Below, piece after piece: positions 1 through 13,000 of a DNA stretch of 64,000 nucleotides. Under the pieces are notes generated by a model. It was given only the letters and a program-made list of their open reading frames with translations, had not been told where the DNA came from and searched no databases. Numbering within the stretch: position 1 is the stretch's first letter; the number at the start of each line of letters is the position of its first letter. This DNA comes from Raillietiella orientalis. Its lineage: Eukaryota. The DNA lies in contig JAYWIR010000022.1 in assembly GCA_036172245.1 (NCBI GenBank), forward strand, positions 3,100,001 to 3,164,000. Reading direction: 5' to 3'. A program made the position numbers and the translations under genes.

Positions 1-1035
1 TAGCTGAGATCTCATACACAAATAAGAGTTCTGTTTTGTGGAAGTAGAATCCATTAAAATGTCATCTACTCTTACGAGAAAGCCTACTTGTCGTTCCAAT
101 TCGGTGGGCTATCTTTCGTAGATGGCATTCCTCAATTCTGAAAATCCTTCATTTGCATGCTTTGTTTTCTGTACTGAAACTGGAGTCCTTTTCTCCATTG
201 ACTGGTAAATAATAAAATTTAATAACTTGTTCCTCTTTGCTGTCACATCTGCCGAGATGGTAAGAGTACGGGGAATTACAGGAAACTGGTTCCTCTTTTC
301 CTCTGCCCGTATCCTTAGTAATTGATTTTCTCTCTTTTTTTCCGTCTTTTTGTCCGATGGTGAAGGCTCGACCGGGGAATTTGCAATGAATTCGAAAAAA
401 CAAAAGTACTCCTCAACCCTCATCGCTGACAATTCGATTAATTTTCTGAAAATTGGAATCAAGGAGTTTGGCATTTTCTCACCTAATAATTTCAATTGCA
501 ATTGTTTTTATATCCCGAATACGTCAATGGTTATCCTCCATTCAGTCAACTTACATGAGCTGATGAATGCCTTCCTTCCTCTGTGCATGCAGTTGAATAT
601 GATTCCTAGGTTGGATACGTTCCCTGTTTAGTTATAATGTTGAAGTGTACATTTGAGTGTGAATTTTTTTTTTTTCTTTAAGCAAGGTTATCGAGGTCCT
701 GCACATCAGCGTAGGCGCGAACAGAAGGTTTAGTTTACAAGTAAACTCCGTTTGTTTGTGTCCGTATGTGTCCGTACCTTTGGTTTGTAATTACAAAGTT
801 GAAGTTGCGTCAAGCTGTGTTGTACAGTTCATAAATTTTATCGATCATATGGTTTGCTGTTTGAATCTCAGTGAAGAAACCAGTAACATGTCCCCCCTTG
901 TTTGTATTCACGTTCAACAATTCTTAATTTATCCATTGATAGGAGCTGTATTTGAGTTTTCGAGAAACTCTTAGAAGAATCAAATTTAGAAGTAGAAAGA
1001 GGTGAATAAAATATAAAAGTAGATAGGATTCAAAT

Positions 1036-2077
1036 ATGAAAACTTATTTCAATGTGTACAGTATTTCCTTACTCATCATCGGTTGTTTTTCGATTCTAAT
1101 TATGTTTTCAAGCATGAAAATTGAATTTGCCACTCAAGCAATAACTGGCTTGCGAGCTTGCATTGTAAACAATATCAAAAGAGTTCAACCTTTCCTTGTT
1201 GAACTTTTAGAAGATTCTGAAATTAGGCTGCTAACAAGAGAAGAATTATACACATTTAGAGCAGATAATAAAGAAAACAATCCGATATATATTTCTTTCC
1301 TAGGCAAAATATATGATGTCACCAAGGGATCTAAACATTATGGTCCAAGTGGAAACTATAAATTTTTCACTGGTAATGCTATATTTCTCAACTGTACATG
1401 TAGTTTGTGGAAGCAGTAATTTGCTACACACCTTTTTAAATGTAGGTGTTGATGCATCGAGAGCTTTTGTAACTGGTGACTTCAGCCCAACAGGTCTTAC
1501 AGATGATCTTCATGGTCTAGATAAACAGGAGTACAATGGCATTCTTTCTTGGATTCATTTTTACGAAGATCAGTACCCTTTTGTAGGTATGTTAAACTGA
1601 TTTACAAATCAGTGACTTTTTAAAATGAAATCAAAGGGAAGTTGATTGGTCGCTTCTATACTGCTTCTGGTGAACCAACATCAGAGTTGCAGGAAATCAT
1701 GTCTTTGATAGATGAGTCTGTAAGATGGAATCAGAAGAGTACTTTAGAGAAAAAAAATTTCCCATCATGCAATATTGAATGGAGTAAAGAAAAGGGGACT
1801 AGGTTGTGGTGTTCCAAACAAAGGTAAGAGTGTGCATACAAAACATGCGGTCATTACCAAAGAGTCCAGTGGTGGTGTGCCCAGGGATTGGATTGGTGTA
1901 CCTAGACTGTTATTCCGAACTGGTCAACCTATTCGTTGTGTTTGTGTGCAAGAATCCATGTCCAATACAGATTTGTTGAAACTAATCCAAGGTGATGAAG
2001 AACCAAATACTGCTTCTCTTCTCCCTTATCCAGATTGCCCTTCAGATGCTAGTTCTTGCTTATTGGATTCAGGGTAA
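1036..2077 (+). CDS. CYB5D2: Neuferricin (cytochrome b5 domain-containing protein 2, MAPR family), 4 exons, about 290 aa
   Basis: Exons 1036-1372, 1446-1586, 1637-1823 and 1870-2077 join in frame through GT-AG introns of 73, 50 and 46 bp. N-terminal hydrophobic anchor; cytochrome-b5-like heme/steroid-binding domain ([36 protein letters not shown]); neuferricin-type C-terminus ([34 protein letters not shown]...RCVCV). Confidence 0.93.
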
Positions 2078-2101
2078 CCTGTGTATACATTTAAAGATCT
2101 C

Positions 2102-2107
2102 ATTAAA
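2102..2107 (+). promoter_or_regulatory. Candidate polyadenylation signal (ATTAAA) of neuferricin
   Basis: Variant hexamer about 25 nt after the stop codon; position only, no transcript data. Confidence 0.3.
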
Positions 2108-3049
2108 GCCTTTAGCATTTTGGGCATGTTGAATTTTCTAATGCTCAGTCAGTTCTAAATGCATTACTAAAGATGGGGATTTCACATAAATCAAGTTCAA
2201 AATTTGAGAACTATTCAAAACCAACAATAGGTTTTTAAAAAGTTGAGAAAATCATGCTGGGTTACCATTGCTGATGTGCACATAGAAAAACAAATCTTCA
2301 TCATCTTGCTTTATTTGAAAATATCCAAGGGGAACGTTGAAAATGTCCATATCTTAAACCCATGTTCATGTTTCGTTTTGGGGAACATGAATCACTTCAT
2401 TCTTTCGATACGAGACATTCGTACACGTGACGAGTTTGTAACTTGTAGTGTGTTTGTTTGAAGCATTTCAGATTCCCGACCACTTTAAATTGAACTCTAT
2501 TTTTCAAATTTTATACATAAAGGATGATTAGTAAAAGGTTGTTTTTCATGGGTCGGTTACTTAATTGTTCGTAAGTGGATAGTCCTCCAATTCTTGAACG
2601 TCGGTGTTTAGTAAAGTTTACGCGAATTTTTCTAGGGAGCATAAAAAATTGTAAAGAAACGTGAGTCGAATTTTACCCTTTGATTACGGTATGTGCACCC
2701 TTCAGGCACATCCACTTCGAAACCGTACTGGAGCGACTAACTAGGAATAGATGATTTAAATTTAAACTGGAACAGTTTCCTAACTTTCGTCGAGCGATAA
2801 AAATAAACTATCGTTACAGTTGGATAGGCACTGTGTAAGGGCACAGATTTTCAAAATTCCACGCCACTAATGACTGGATAGAAGGGCTCTCGAGATTGCT
2901 TCCGTCTCTGGAGCTTGAGATGAAATTCGTCCCGGTCGCATCGCGGCGGCCAGCAGCCGGAGGGATCGGGTCAGATGGCCACGCTGCCGATGCACACCAG
3001 GGTGGGTGTTCCGGTTGGCATCCGGACCCATCATCGTCTTCATACGTGG

Positions 3050-4300
3050 ATGCAACGTGCTGAATTTATATTTCATGTGGTCCTTGGAAGACCCGCCTGT
3101 TATCCGTTCAGTCTGATTATCTCAAGAAGTTTCATGATTAACCGAGCAAGTATAGGAAAGGTTGCATCACAAAATGCTGCTTTACAGATCGAAAGTTCAA
3201 AGCATCTCCCTGCACACATTTGAATCGCCTTAATGGATTCATGCATATGGATTGTAGTCCTTCATTCCTGCATGTTCGGACCTTTGAAACTTTCTGTAAG
3301 GTCTGAACATTAGTGACAAGCTGCGGAATCGCAACGTCTCCAAACAAGTTTGACCACTGCAGTAGAATATTGCAACCTACAGCGAACCATTTTCAAAAAC
3401 CGAATCTTCTTCTAAAAAATATTTTTGGGTTCAAAATACACACACACACACATATTGGTAAGCAGAAGAATTCCCGAAACAGTTGTTTTCTAAGAATGTG
3501 CGTAAGCAGATAGCAGCAGCACTCCGCCCGGAAACACTCAGCCATTTTCCGTGACACTAAAGTCCAATGCTTAGTAGCTCTATCAAAACTGAAAAGCAAT
3601 TCAAGGAAATGAGTAAGGAAAAGGAAGTCACGTGCCAAACGGAGTTTTGTAACAGTCAAGGATAGTCTTTGACTTCCATAAAACAAACTGCCAGTAATCT
3701 CACTCTAATAGGCTCGGAGCTGTATTATAAAGACGGACGAAAGTTCCTGGCATTCCTTGAAAGTAAGGTCAAGAAAATGTTCACATCTGCAATGCAACTC
3801 GAAAACACACAGATCTCGGAGTGTATTGAGATTATAGGAAACACCAAGAAAAGTGAGCATGTGAAGAAACCCGGGAGAAATCACCTGCATACTTCGGGTA
3901 AGAGGGTCCTTAGCAAGCCAGAAGACCATGGATACAAGAAGTTGGTGATCTTTGGATCCCTAAGTGCGTATACCGTGAGAACACCGTTGCTCCTTATAAA
4001 GGGAAAAGGGGAAGAGGGGAATAAACAGACCCAACCTGTGATGGTTTGAGACTGCGGCCATCACCTTCCACCAGTGTGTGTGGAATTTCTTTCAACGAGA
4101 AAGTTCAAATCGCTGTGCTTCATCGGTTACTCTGATGATTTTCTCACAGATTCCGATTCCATTTCTGATAAGTCTCTGTGAGCACCCATGTAGAGAACTA
4201 CAAAGGAATACCGTAGTCAATGAAACCCACGAAAGCAATGGATCTGAAGTGATGTCGTTACTTCCTGACGCCGTTCTCAGCTGCGTCCATGCCAAATACG
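3050..4300 (+). mobile_element. Possible heavily decayed non-LTR (L1/Tx1-like) ORF2 3' remnant
   Basis: Frameshifted fragments read TDPTCDG / ETAAITFHQCVW near 4025-4085, resembling the C-terminal zf-RVT CxxC...ETxxHxxxxC..W motif. Faint thumb-like fragments lie upstream. No intact frame. Confidence 0.3.
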
Positions 4301-7300
4301 CTCTACGGATTTTTCATCTGTTCAGGAATTTTGTGAAGAAGTCCAAGGGAATGGAATTCAAACCTCCAAAAAGTTATTGTGACGGAATGAAAGCCCTCCC
4401 GACAGGGAAACATGAATGATTCATCCGTTCGCCGATCCAAGTCGCATTATGTTGATATTACGAATGGAACGTATAAAGGGAACAAATTAGAAGGGGAAAT
4501 TAATTCTGAGAAAATTGAGCTGGATCACAAAAGATGCTTAAGAATATAATGCAGGTTTCATAGAGGTTTTCCAAAGGCTCTCTATAACAAACTTCGTGCA
4601 TTCGATATGAACTAAGAAAATGTGGCTTCGTTACTCCGGTGGAAAATTGTGAACATGTTGAAAAGGAAAAGTAACCATAAGTTAGGGAGGCTCTACGAGA
4701 GTGGCCTTAATGTGAACGAAAGCGAAAGTAAACGAAAAGAGTAAATTCAAAAGAGCGTCTTTTACCACCATAACACGCTGTTTAAAAATTGCCTCACCGC
4801 AACTTGGGATTTTGATTTTTAGGTTTTTTTGTTGACCTTTGGTGAACTCCAATTGAAGAAAACTGTGCCCTTGAGTGCAACGTGTAGAGGACGTATCCAA
4901 TGTAATCAATGCAAATGGGAAGAACGGTGTTACCGTCGATGATTCTTCGCTCCACTGTGGGATAAATGTATACCTTTTCGTTACCGTAAATCTGCGTAAT
5001 GCACACATCATCTGTGCACACACACAGAATCTGTACCATCTGCAAAGTACTTTCAGACTTAATCGAATTAATCTGACTACAAACTTTGCGACTCAAATTC
5101 GTGCCAATAGCAAAACAATCCCGGAGTTGATGCTTGGAACTTTCAAAGTTCCCAGGGTCCGTGAATGGGCTCTGATTACTTAATAAGCAATTAGTAAATT
5201 AATTATCTATCGACTGCATCGCTCGTGTAAAATCAAGATTTCTCATCATTACTCAGAGTGTCTTCCTCACAACCTTTAGACTTCTCACCATACCTTTTTT
5301 TTTTTTTTTTTTACTCATTCCTGCGCTGATCTCTTTGGATGACAAGGTGGAAAATGTTCACCTTTATTTCTGTAGCCTATTTAATGACACGCAGCAAATT
5401 ACACACCCACTGCCGTGGATTAGTCCAGTCCGTTTGCTGAGCATCACCAGCAATGTCTCAAAAGTCTGGAATAAGGTGGATCTGGAAAATCCTGGTTTGC
5501 TATAGCTTGTAACGCATACTATTATGTTATCAGCATTTTTTGATTTTCCGTTTGTTTTATGAGAACTGGAAGAGGCTAACTGCACCCCGGGTTTGGACAT
5601 GAAGGATGCCTGTTATCACGGGAATCACCATTTGCTGTTGTTTAGGCACAATGCAAGTAAAATAAGGATAAAGAGAGGTGAAGATGCCCAAAGTGGTTGC
5701 ACAGGATGACACCGCGGGACACGTCAACGAATTTGATAGATGGGAATGGTGAAAACTGAAAATTCTCCGCTTCTTGTTCATTTGAGCCGTTCGGATACTC
5801 TATCCAAACAGATCTCGTGTGATCCAAAATTCGACGCATGGTGAGGAGAAGCGGAGTGGTCACGGAGACCTGATCTTCTCTGCATACCGACGGAAAGGAA
5901 AAAAGTGTCCCTTTTGCATGGTGGCATTTTTCACCGACCACTTCCTGACCACATTCCAGTGAAAAGTATAACTGAACGGTCAGTTGCTCGATCTGTTGCT
6001 TCCCTCATTCGTGCAGCCGACTTTTCGGTTTGAATTCCTTCTGGAGCGGTGGAGTTGCAACGGTCGACTCTCTCTGGAATGGTTCGCCCGTTAGCAAATC
6101 GTTCTGCAAAAGGGAATCCTTTCCGATTTCACGTTTACTCGCAAATCATATTGGCACCTCACCGATTCTTGCATGTAATTTCAGTAATAAATAATCCGCT
6201 CCAAATGAAATTCATGATTCGGTTGCGTCCGGAAACGGAAGAGCAGCGCGCGGACTTTGAGGCAATGCTGGGGAACCCCAAGTTCGGAAGACAGGGTGGT
6301 TCGGGAGGAGGTGCCTTCGTCCCTAAAAATGCGTTGGTAACGGTTCCCAGCTTGGTGAGGTCAGGAGATCTTCACGGATTGCACAACTGCTCAGAAATAT
6401 GTTAACAGGCAACCGGCAACTTTGATTAAGGGGGACCTAGGAACAGACGACTCTGCCATCTTACGTAGCAGTTTCTTTTCCGACCACAGTGTTTGCAGTA
6501 CTGCTGTTTGCTGGGGTCGTCTTTGGTGAGCGAGAGGTAAAAAAAAGAAAAAGAAAAAGGAAACTGATCTTGAAATTTTTTTTTATTCACCTCCCAGTCT
6601 GAAGTACCATTTCTTTGATGCACTCCAATGTTGAGCGTTGACTAGGGGAGTCTGCATTGTGAAATGCCTCATTCATTATTCGGGGATTGGGGCAACACGA
6701 AATACAACGCCACCTCCCTATCTGCCATGGCCTGCCACGATGGCGACAAGGTACTCGACAGCTGCTGTTGGTGCCCAAGTACGCAACGCAATAGGAGCAT
6801 GCAATAGGGACGAGGATTGCATTGGAACCTGAGACCGTCAGAACGCTTCCAGGAATTGCGTAATTTCTCGTCAGAAAATTTCCGGAGCAGCGTTTTCAGG
6901 ATTCATTTCTCCACCAGCCTATCACCCCCGGGATACTTCATTAGGCGGCATTGCTTTTTATGACAACGCGAGGATGTACCTCTTCAGCTTCTGGGATACC
7001 AGAAATTCGGATCCGATCGTTAATTCCAGATTAATCTCTTGGTAGGAAACGAAGGGGAAGGAGGATGCGGAGAAACAAGCCGTGGGGAACCTCTGTTCTA
7101 ATACGTCTGATCCGGATCATGCAAGCAAGACATCTGCTGCTGCTTTGCTTTTCTTTTGCATCGATAAGTCGATTCTTATTCTTATAAGTCGATCCCTTGA
7201 GCCCTTTTTTTTTCTTTTTTCTTTAAAAAAAAAAAAAATCCTTCTAAGGATTCAGGACAATTCAGCATGCTTTTCTGGATAATCAGCCTCATAATAGCAA

Positions 7301-9564
7301 TTTATAATCTTTTCTCAAACCGATGGAAAGCAAGCCTTCAGTCGATGTCTGCGCTAACGTCCTCCCAATCATTTTATTATTTTATAGTTTCCGTGATGGT
7401 GGTCATGCTGCAAGAACAGCTGGATATTTCAGGTATGCATTTTCTCTCCTCCTCCCCTCCAGTTAAAAGGAGTGGAATTGCCACCTTCGGAGGGAAGGGA
7501 TATTTCCCGGTATTGTAATCACGGGCGACGACGTTCCTTGAGGAGATTTCCGAGACAAAAAGGAAATTTCCCCGCTCGCGCATGTGCCGATGAGTGTGTG
7601 CTTTTTTTTTTTTTTTATATCCGAATTAGGCCGGCTCCACAGAGTTCATTGATTGCCGCAGCTCCAGGAGATCCGTAGCATATTGTAACTTAAAATCCGA
7701 GGATGTTAAGCAACTGCAGTGCAAATTCAACGAGGAGCACGGCGTATTCGGTGGCCGAGTGTGCCCAAGAAGGAGAGATGGCAGAAATCTTCCAGGTAAA
7801 TTTTGTGCATTTCCCCCCTGCCTGCCTGCACATGATCAATAAGTATCCGTGGCGGTGACTAAATAAATGCTCGACTGGTTTGGAACGTTTACGAGTGTGT
7901 GGAACGGTGTGTGATACGATCTCGTGTGCCGGGTTCTAAAAGAATTCGGCTGCGTTATTCCCTTGCTGTATTCGATCTGAGCCATTAGTCCGACTGCCTT
8001 TTGGTATCGTATTTATCATATGCGTTCGGTGTCATGGTAACGGGCTTTTCCGGGGGAAGCAATGCAAGTTGACGTTTCGTATTCCTATGGATTGCGATAA
8101 TAAGCTACGGAACGAACGGAGCCGACGTTTCCAATGATAATAAAGTGTCCAAGGTGGGGAAATTGGCTTCCATCATCATCCCATTCCGAATATTACTTTT
8201 ACACAGTCGACTCCTCGAGTATCTGAAGCAGAACGAAACTCGCTGCTCAGGCAGTGGGATCCACTCCCAGCTGACACGAGAAATCCAGCCATTGATCATC
8301 ATCATCACAGAACTGGGAAGGTTGGTTAGAAAGTCAGGATCGATGAGATTTTTCACAGACATCATTAGGTTTTTAGCCTCCTGCGACGCCCCTCACGTTG
8401 CGTGGTTTCGCTTTATTGGCATACTGAATGTTGGCTGGACCAAGTGGTTTAACAGCATGTCTTCTGAATGGTGCTTTCATTTGCATTTTCAAAAGCAATT
8501 GTGTGTGTGTGAGTGTCTAGTGAGGAGTGTTGCAGTCATTTTTCGGTTTTCGAAATCCTTCTACTCCTCTTTTTTTTTTTTTTCTATTAGGACACTTTTT
8601 TTTTTCTTTCCAATATGCACATAAAAAGTTTTTTTTTTTTTTTTTTATGTGCGCATTGAGCAGGAAACCCAACCAACCTCCATAACGTCCAAGCAATTAC
8701 TTGTCCATTTCGATCCGAACATAATTATCAGCTGACGCCGAATGAGCGACCAATTCATTACTGCGCTTCCATTAGAAATCCAGCTTCATCCTCTTTCCTG
8801 CATTAGCACTGCTCACGTGGTGCACGAATAGCTCCATCCAGCATCCCCAGTTTCTTCTTCGAATTCACCAAGCAGCAGTAGGCACAAACCCAACCAACCT
8901 ATTGCGACCACTGCTCCCTGATCCTTACCTTTCCCTTTTTTTTTTTTTTTTTTTTTGAATGCGCGTTTTTTTTATATAGTTTCTTATAGACTTTCCCTTT
9001 AATTGATGTGTCCTGCAGTACCGCGTTACCGCCCTCTGGAAACAGACGACTTTTTCTTCCTTCCTTCCCTTTTTAAAGGTGAATCAGGGATTTTCATCGG
9101 TTCGGTTATCTGCAGATGGATAAATTTCACTAAAAGTTAAAATGTGGTCGATTCCATCTACTTCATAGAGGGTTGCGACACCAAAGGAAAGTTCAAAAAT
9201 TTCGCTTCCGCAAACGAAAGTGGCCGAGGCACGCGGGCTGCCAGGATCCGTCAAGCAAAACTGGAGCAGCATGGTGTCAGAACCGAAAAAGGGAAGAAGA
9301 AGAAGCGGGATTATCCCGTTAACAGCCACTCTAGCTGCCGCTTAGATCCATCAGACTGGTTTGTCGGCAGAGCCAAAAGGGAACGCTCCATCCACAGATT
9401 CGAACTCTACCCTCCACTTTTGACGAATCGAGTACATTTTATTCGACGCCGTAGAACGGATGTAGCAGCTGACAGCAGGGACCAACGCGATCCGGGCATC
9501 ATGGACTAATGCAGTGATTTTCCTGTACATTGCAGGGGTTCTTGCATCCGTGTTTTCCTGTAAA

Positions 9565-9912
9565 ATGTTAATCATGACTCAGCTGCTGCTGTCTGAAGCC
9601 TTTACTGTTGATCAGCCCGGCAGTTCTTTCACGAAAACAATCATCTCTGACTTAAACGGGAAGAGTGATGAAGACTCAATTCTGTCTGCAGAGGAGTCTC
9701 AGCTACTGGAGAAACTGGAACAAGCAAACAGGTAAATACAAATAGAGAGGAGTAGAAAAAAAGAAAAAGAAATCAATAAATTGATACTGCTGTAAAATTG
9801 TTAATGACAGAACCTCGTAACCACTGGTAATTAAATTGAATTGATACACGAAATTCCCATATACCTATAGTTTCAGAACAGCAATATACGTGTAAAACTG
9901 AATTTTATCAGC

Positions 9913-9945
<33 letters not shown>

Positions 9946-9982
9946 CACACATAAGCTGTACATAAATAAATGTACACGTATG

Positions 9983-10072
<90 letters not shown>

Positions 10073-13000
10073 AAGGTTATCATCCGTGTACATGGCTTCA
10101 TACTGTGTACTCTGTTAGTATACGCATGTAGCACGTAAGCCATGCTGTGGATGGCACGCTGTCTCGCGTAACTCGGAAGTGTTCGGTGGGTGCCCTTGTG
10201 GTCAACTCGCCGGCTTGTTGACCGTCCTGACCACTCACGGGGTAGCAGGGGACGACTCTTTGCGAATTTCAGTTTTGCACCTGCAGCTCGTTTACGATGA
10301 GCGGACTGCCGTTCGTGACCACGGTTTCCGTTTGGCAGGCCAGGAGGTGCGGACGGCTCGCGGCTCCAAGGTGTGCTCGGCGCCCTCGTGGAATATTTCA
10401 TTCCGTCTGGGGAAGTGCTCCCCCCCTCCCTTCCCACTCACTCCTCCTTCCGTCGCTCCACCTCCAGTCGAGTCGCACGCGTTCGCTTCGACTGCAGGTG
10501 GCCAGCCGCCCTGTCATCCCGTTGCTGGGCGGACCGCCGTGCTCTTTCGCGGCTAACCCAATCGAGTTGGCGGACCGCCCGATCGTCGGGCCCCTCCGAC
10601 GGTCTTTTTGGCGCGCCTCCGTTGCGCCGTCTTTTCACATCGGAAGAGTGCGAGCAGCCGTGTGAAGAAGGGAAACTGGGAGCGGTGAAGGGTCTCTCGG
10701 TGGACGACCATGCGGCGGCCGAAAGGGGCGTTCGGAAGAAAGCCGATCTCGGGGAGGGGGAGGGGCCGGCGACAGCTCGCGTCCGTTTCGCAGGCGACCG
10801 CGCACGCGCGCGCACACACAAAAAAGGTCGCCGTCGCGCCTGCATCGACCTGTCTCCCTGCCTCCTATCGAGACGGACGCCGCACAGGCGAAACCGTGTC
10901 GTTTTACCTGGGGAGTTCCGGGCGTCTCTCTCCGCGGCCATTTTTTTTTTTTTTCCCCTCAGAAAGTGGGGGAAAAAAAAAAAAAAAAAAAAATGGCCGC
11001 GGAGAGAGCGAGCTCGGATGTGGCCGCCGCAGCCTTTCATCGCCCGTGCGGTGAGGATGGAGGACGGAAAGAGAGTGGAAGGTTCTCTCGTTCGCCAACA
11101 AGTTCCTCACGACGGTCCCAATGCCGCCGTCCTGTTTACTCGAGCTTCCCGGCCCACCTCGCTCCCCGTCGGAGGTCCCTCCTCCTCTCCCGGCCCGCGA
11201 TCTCCTCTCGCGAGGGGAAAGAAGCGGTCTTTTCCCGGTCAGTCTGCCGCCTCAAGGCGCGCATACGCCTCGCTCTACGGAAAGTGCTGGTCAGAGAGCA
11301 GCCATCAGGGACATCGGTAGAAGGGGGGGGGGGCCTCCGGCGCCTCTTCTTTTCGGGCGACCGGGGACCTTCGGACGGGCTTCCCGTCGGCACGGCTGCT
11401 ACCGCCAGCATCCTCTCTCCTTCGTTGTCTGTCGCGAGCGCCCATGACCTTGGCGTGTCTCTGTAAAGGGACAGCTGGGCTTGGACCGTGCCAGCGAGGC
11501 TGGCCCTCGCTCGGTGGCGAACTCTTGCCTGCCGAGAGGCCGGAGGCTTCCGGGGTGTCAGCGGCGGCTGCAACCACGGGAATTTTCGCCTCCTTCCCGT
11601 GGGTTCCCTCGGTTCCTAGGGTTCAGGGATGCTGCAAGAGAAGTCCTAGCGGATCCCTTCGGGCAACAAGACATTCCGGAAAGCCAGCCCGAGTCGGCAG
11701 CGGCGACAGTGCTCGCATCTGGCCCACCCTTCCGTCTCGATTCGCGAGACGGCGTCCTGGAGCTCCGACGAGCGTTTCCATGGAGAATTTCGTTCTCTCT
11801 TCCTCTTCTCTCCCGGTCTGACTTCGCAATCGGAGCCTGCTTCTTCTTTTTTTGATCTTCTCATCGAACTCGCTGTGCTTCCCACCTGCCTGTCAATCCC
11901 CTCCTCCCTCTTGTCTTTCTCCCCGCGCTCCTCATGAGGTTCGCCACGTCCCCTTCGTTTCCTCGGCTCTGGCTATTCGCGCGGTCCGAGACCCAGCTTC
12001 CTAGCCCCCGAGAATCTCCTTCCGCGATTTCCTGCCCGTCGCGAGACCCGTCTCCAAGCCGACGCGACGACGGCGTCCCCCTCCCCACTCCACGTCCGCG
12101 CTCTACGCTGCTGCGCCTCCTCCTCCCCTCTCTCCCCCGCCCGGCCGTTCTGGCAGCACTAGGTCCACCGCTGACCGTTCGAGGAACGCGCGGCTCATGA
12201 GTATGGAATTCGGGCGTGTTGTCGCTCCGAATCAAAAGATCGTTCACGGTGGCTGGGGATGTTCGTGAAGCAGCGACGCGGACCACGGCCAGCATCGCAG
12301 GCACTCGAGGGAAGGAAGAAGAAAAAGAAAGAGGCGTGGGAACTCTCTTGCGGGGTCCGCGTTTCGTGTCGTTTCTGGTGCAGTCCCGCCCGGCCTCTTG
12401 CCCGGTGTCGGGTTCGCCTCCCAGGACTTCCTCCCTGATGGTTCTGCGAGCGAGTATGCGGGCTCCTCCGTCGAGTGCTGGCCGCGTCAGCAGCCTCTCT
12501 TCCACGCCGCCAGTGGCTGGGAGGCAGTCCTCTCATCCTCGGATCACTCACACAGAACGGGGGAACGCGTGAAAAGGTGTACAAAAGGGTGCAAAGACCC
12601 ATCGAAAAGGCGCCGTCCGATGCGCTGCCTTCAGGAGGCAGGGGGCATCGTTGGCTTGAGGACTCCACGCTTTGCCTTTCCGACGGCCAATGTTTCGGTC
12701 ACTGCGTGACTGGGTCCCTTCGCCCTGCAGGGTTTCTCACAATCACTCTTATGGTCCTTGCGGACTTGGTCTCTTCGGTCAGTAGACGGTCTACCGACCG
12801 AGCTTTTAGGGCGGAAAGATGGCCAGCAGGTTACGGGTGTATGTGGCCCTTCGTTGGCTCAGCCGTGCGTCCTCAGAAACCGGGCAGCTTCGGGTGGCTG
12901 AGCTTCCTTCAGCCACAACGTATGCGACAGCAGCGCCCTCGCGCGCGAATCTATGCAAAGCACACCTTTGGAGGCCGAAAGCGTCTTCCTGGATGGCCCT

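Noticed and set aside
2900..3050. GC-rich patch tested as an HDV-like ribozyme on the minus strand
   Set aside because: A P2/P2' pair could be drawn, but the P3/L3 (UCCUCG-like) core is missing.
4680..8620. Scattered exon-like segments and ORFs upstream of EVI5, including a GIHLSHSGAK esterase-like peptide near 4960
   Set aside because: No consistent frame or family could be assembled; may be UTR exons or decayed TEs.
9908..10138. Poly-(IY) ORFs
   Set aside because: Translation of the (TA)n microsatellite.
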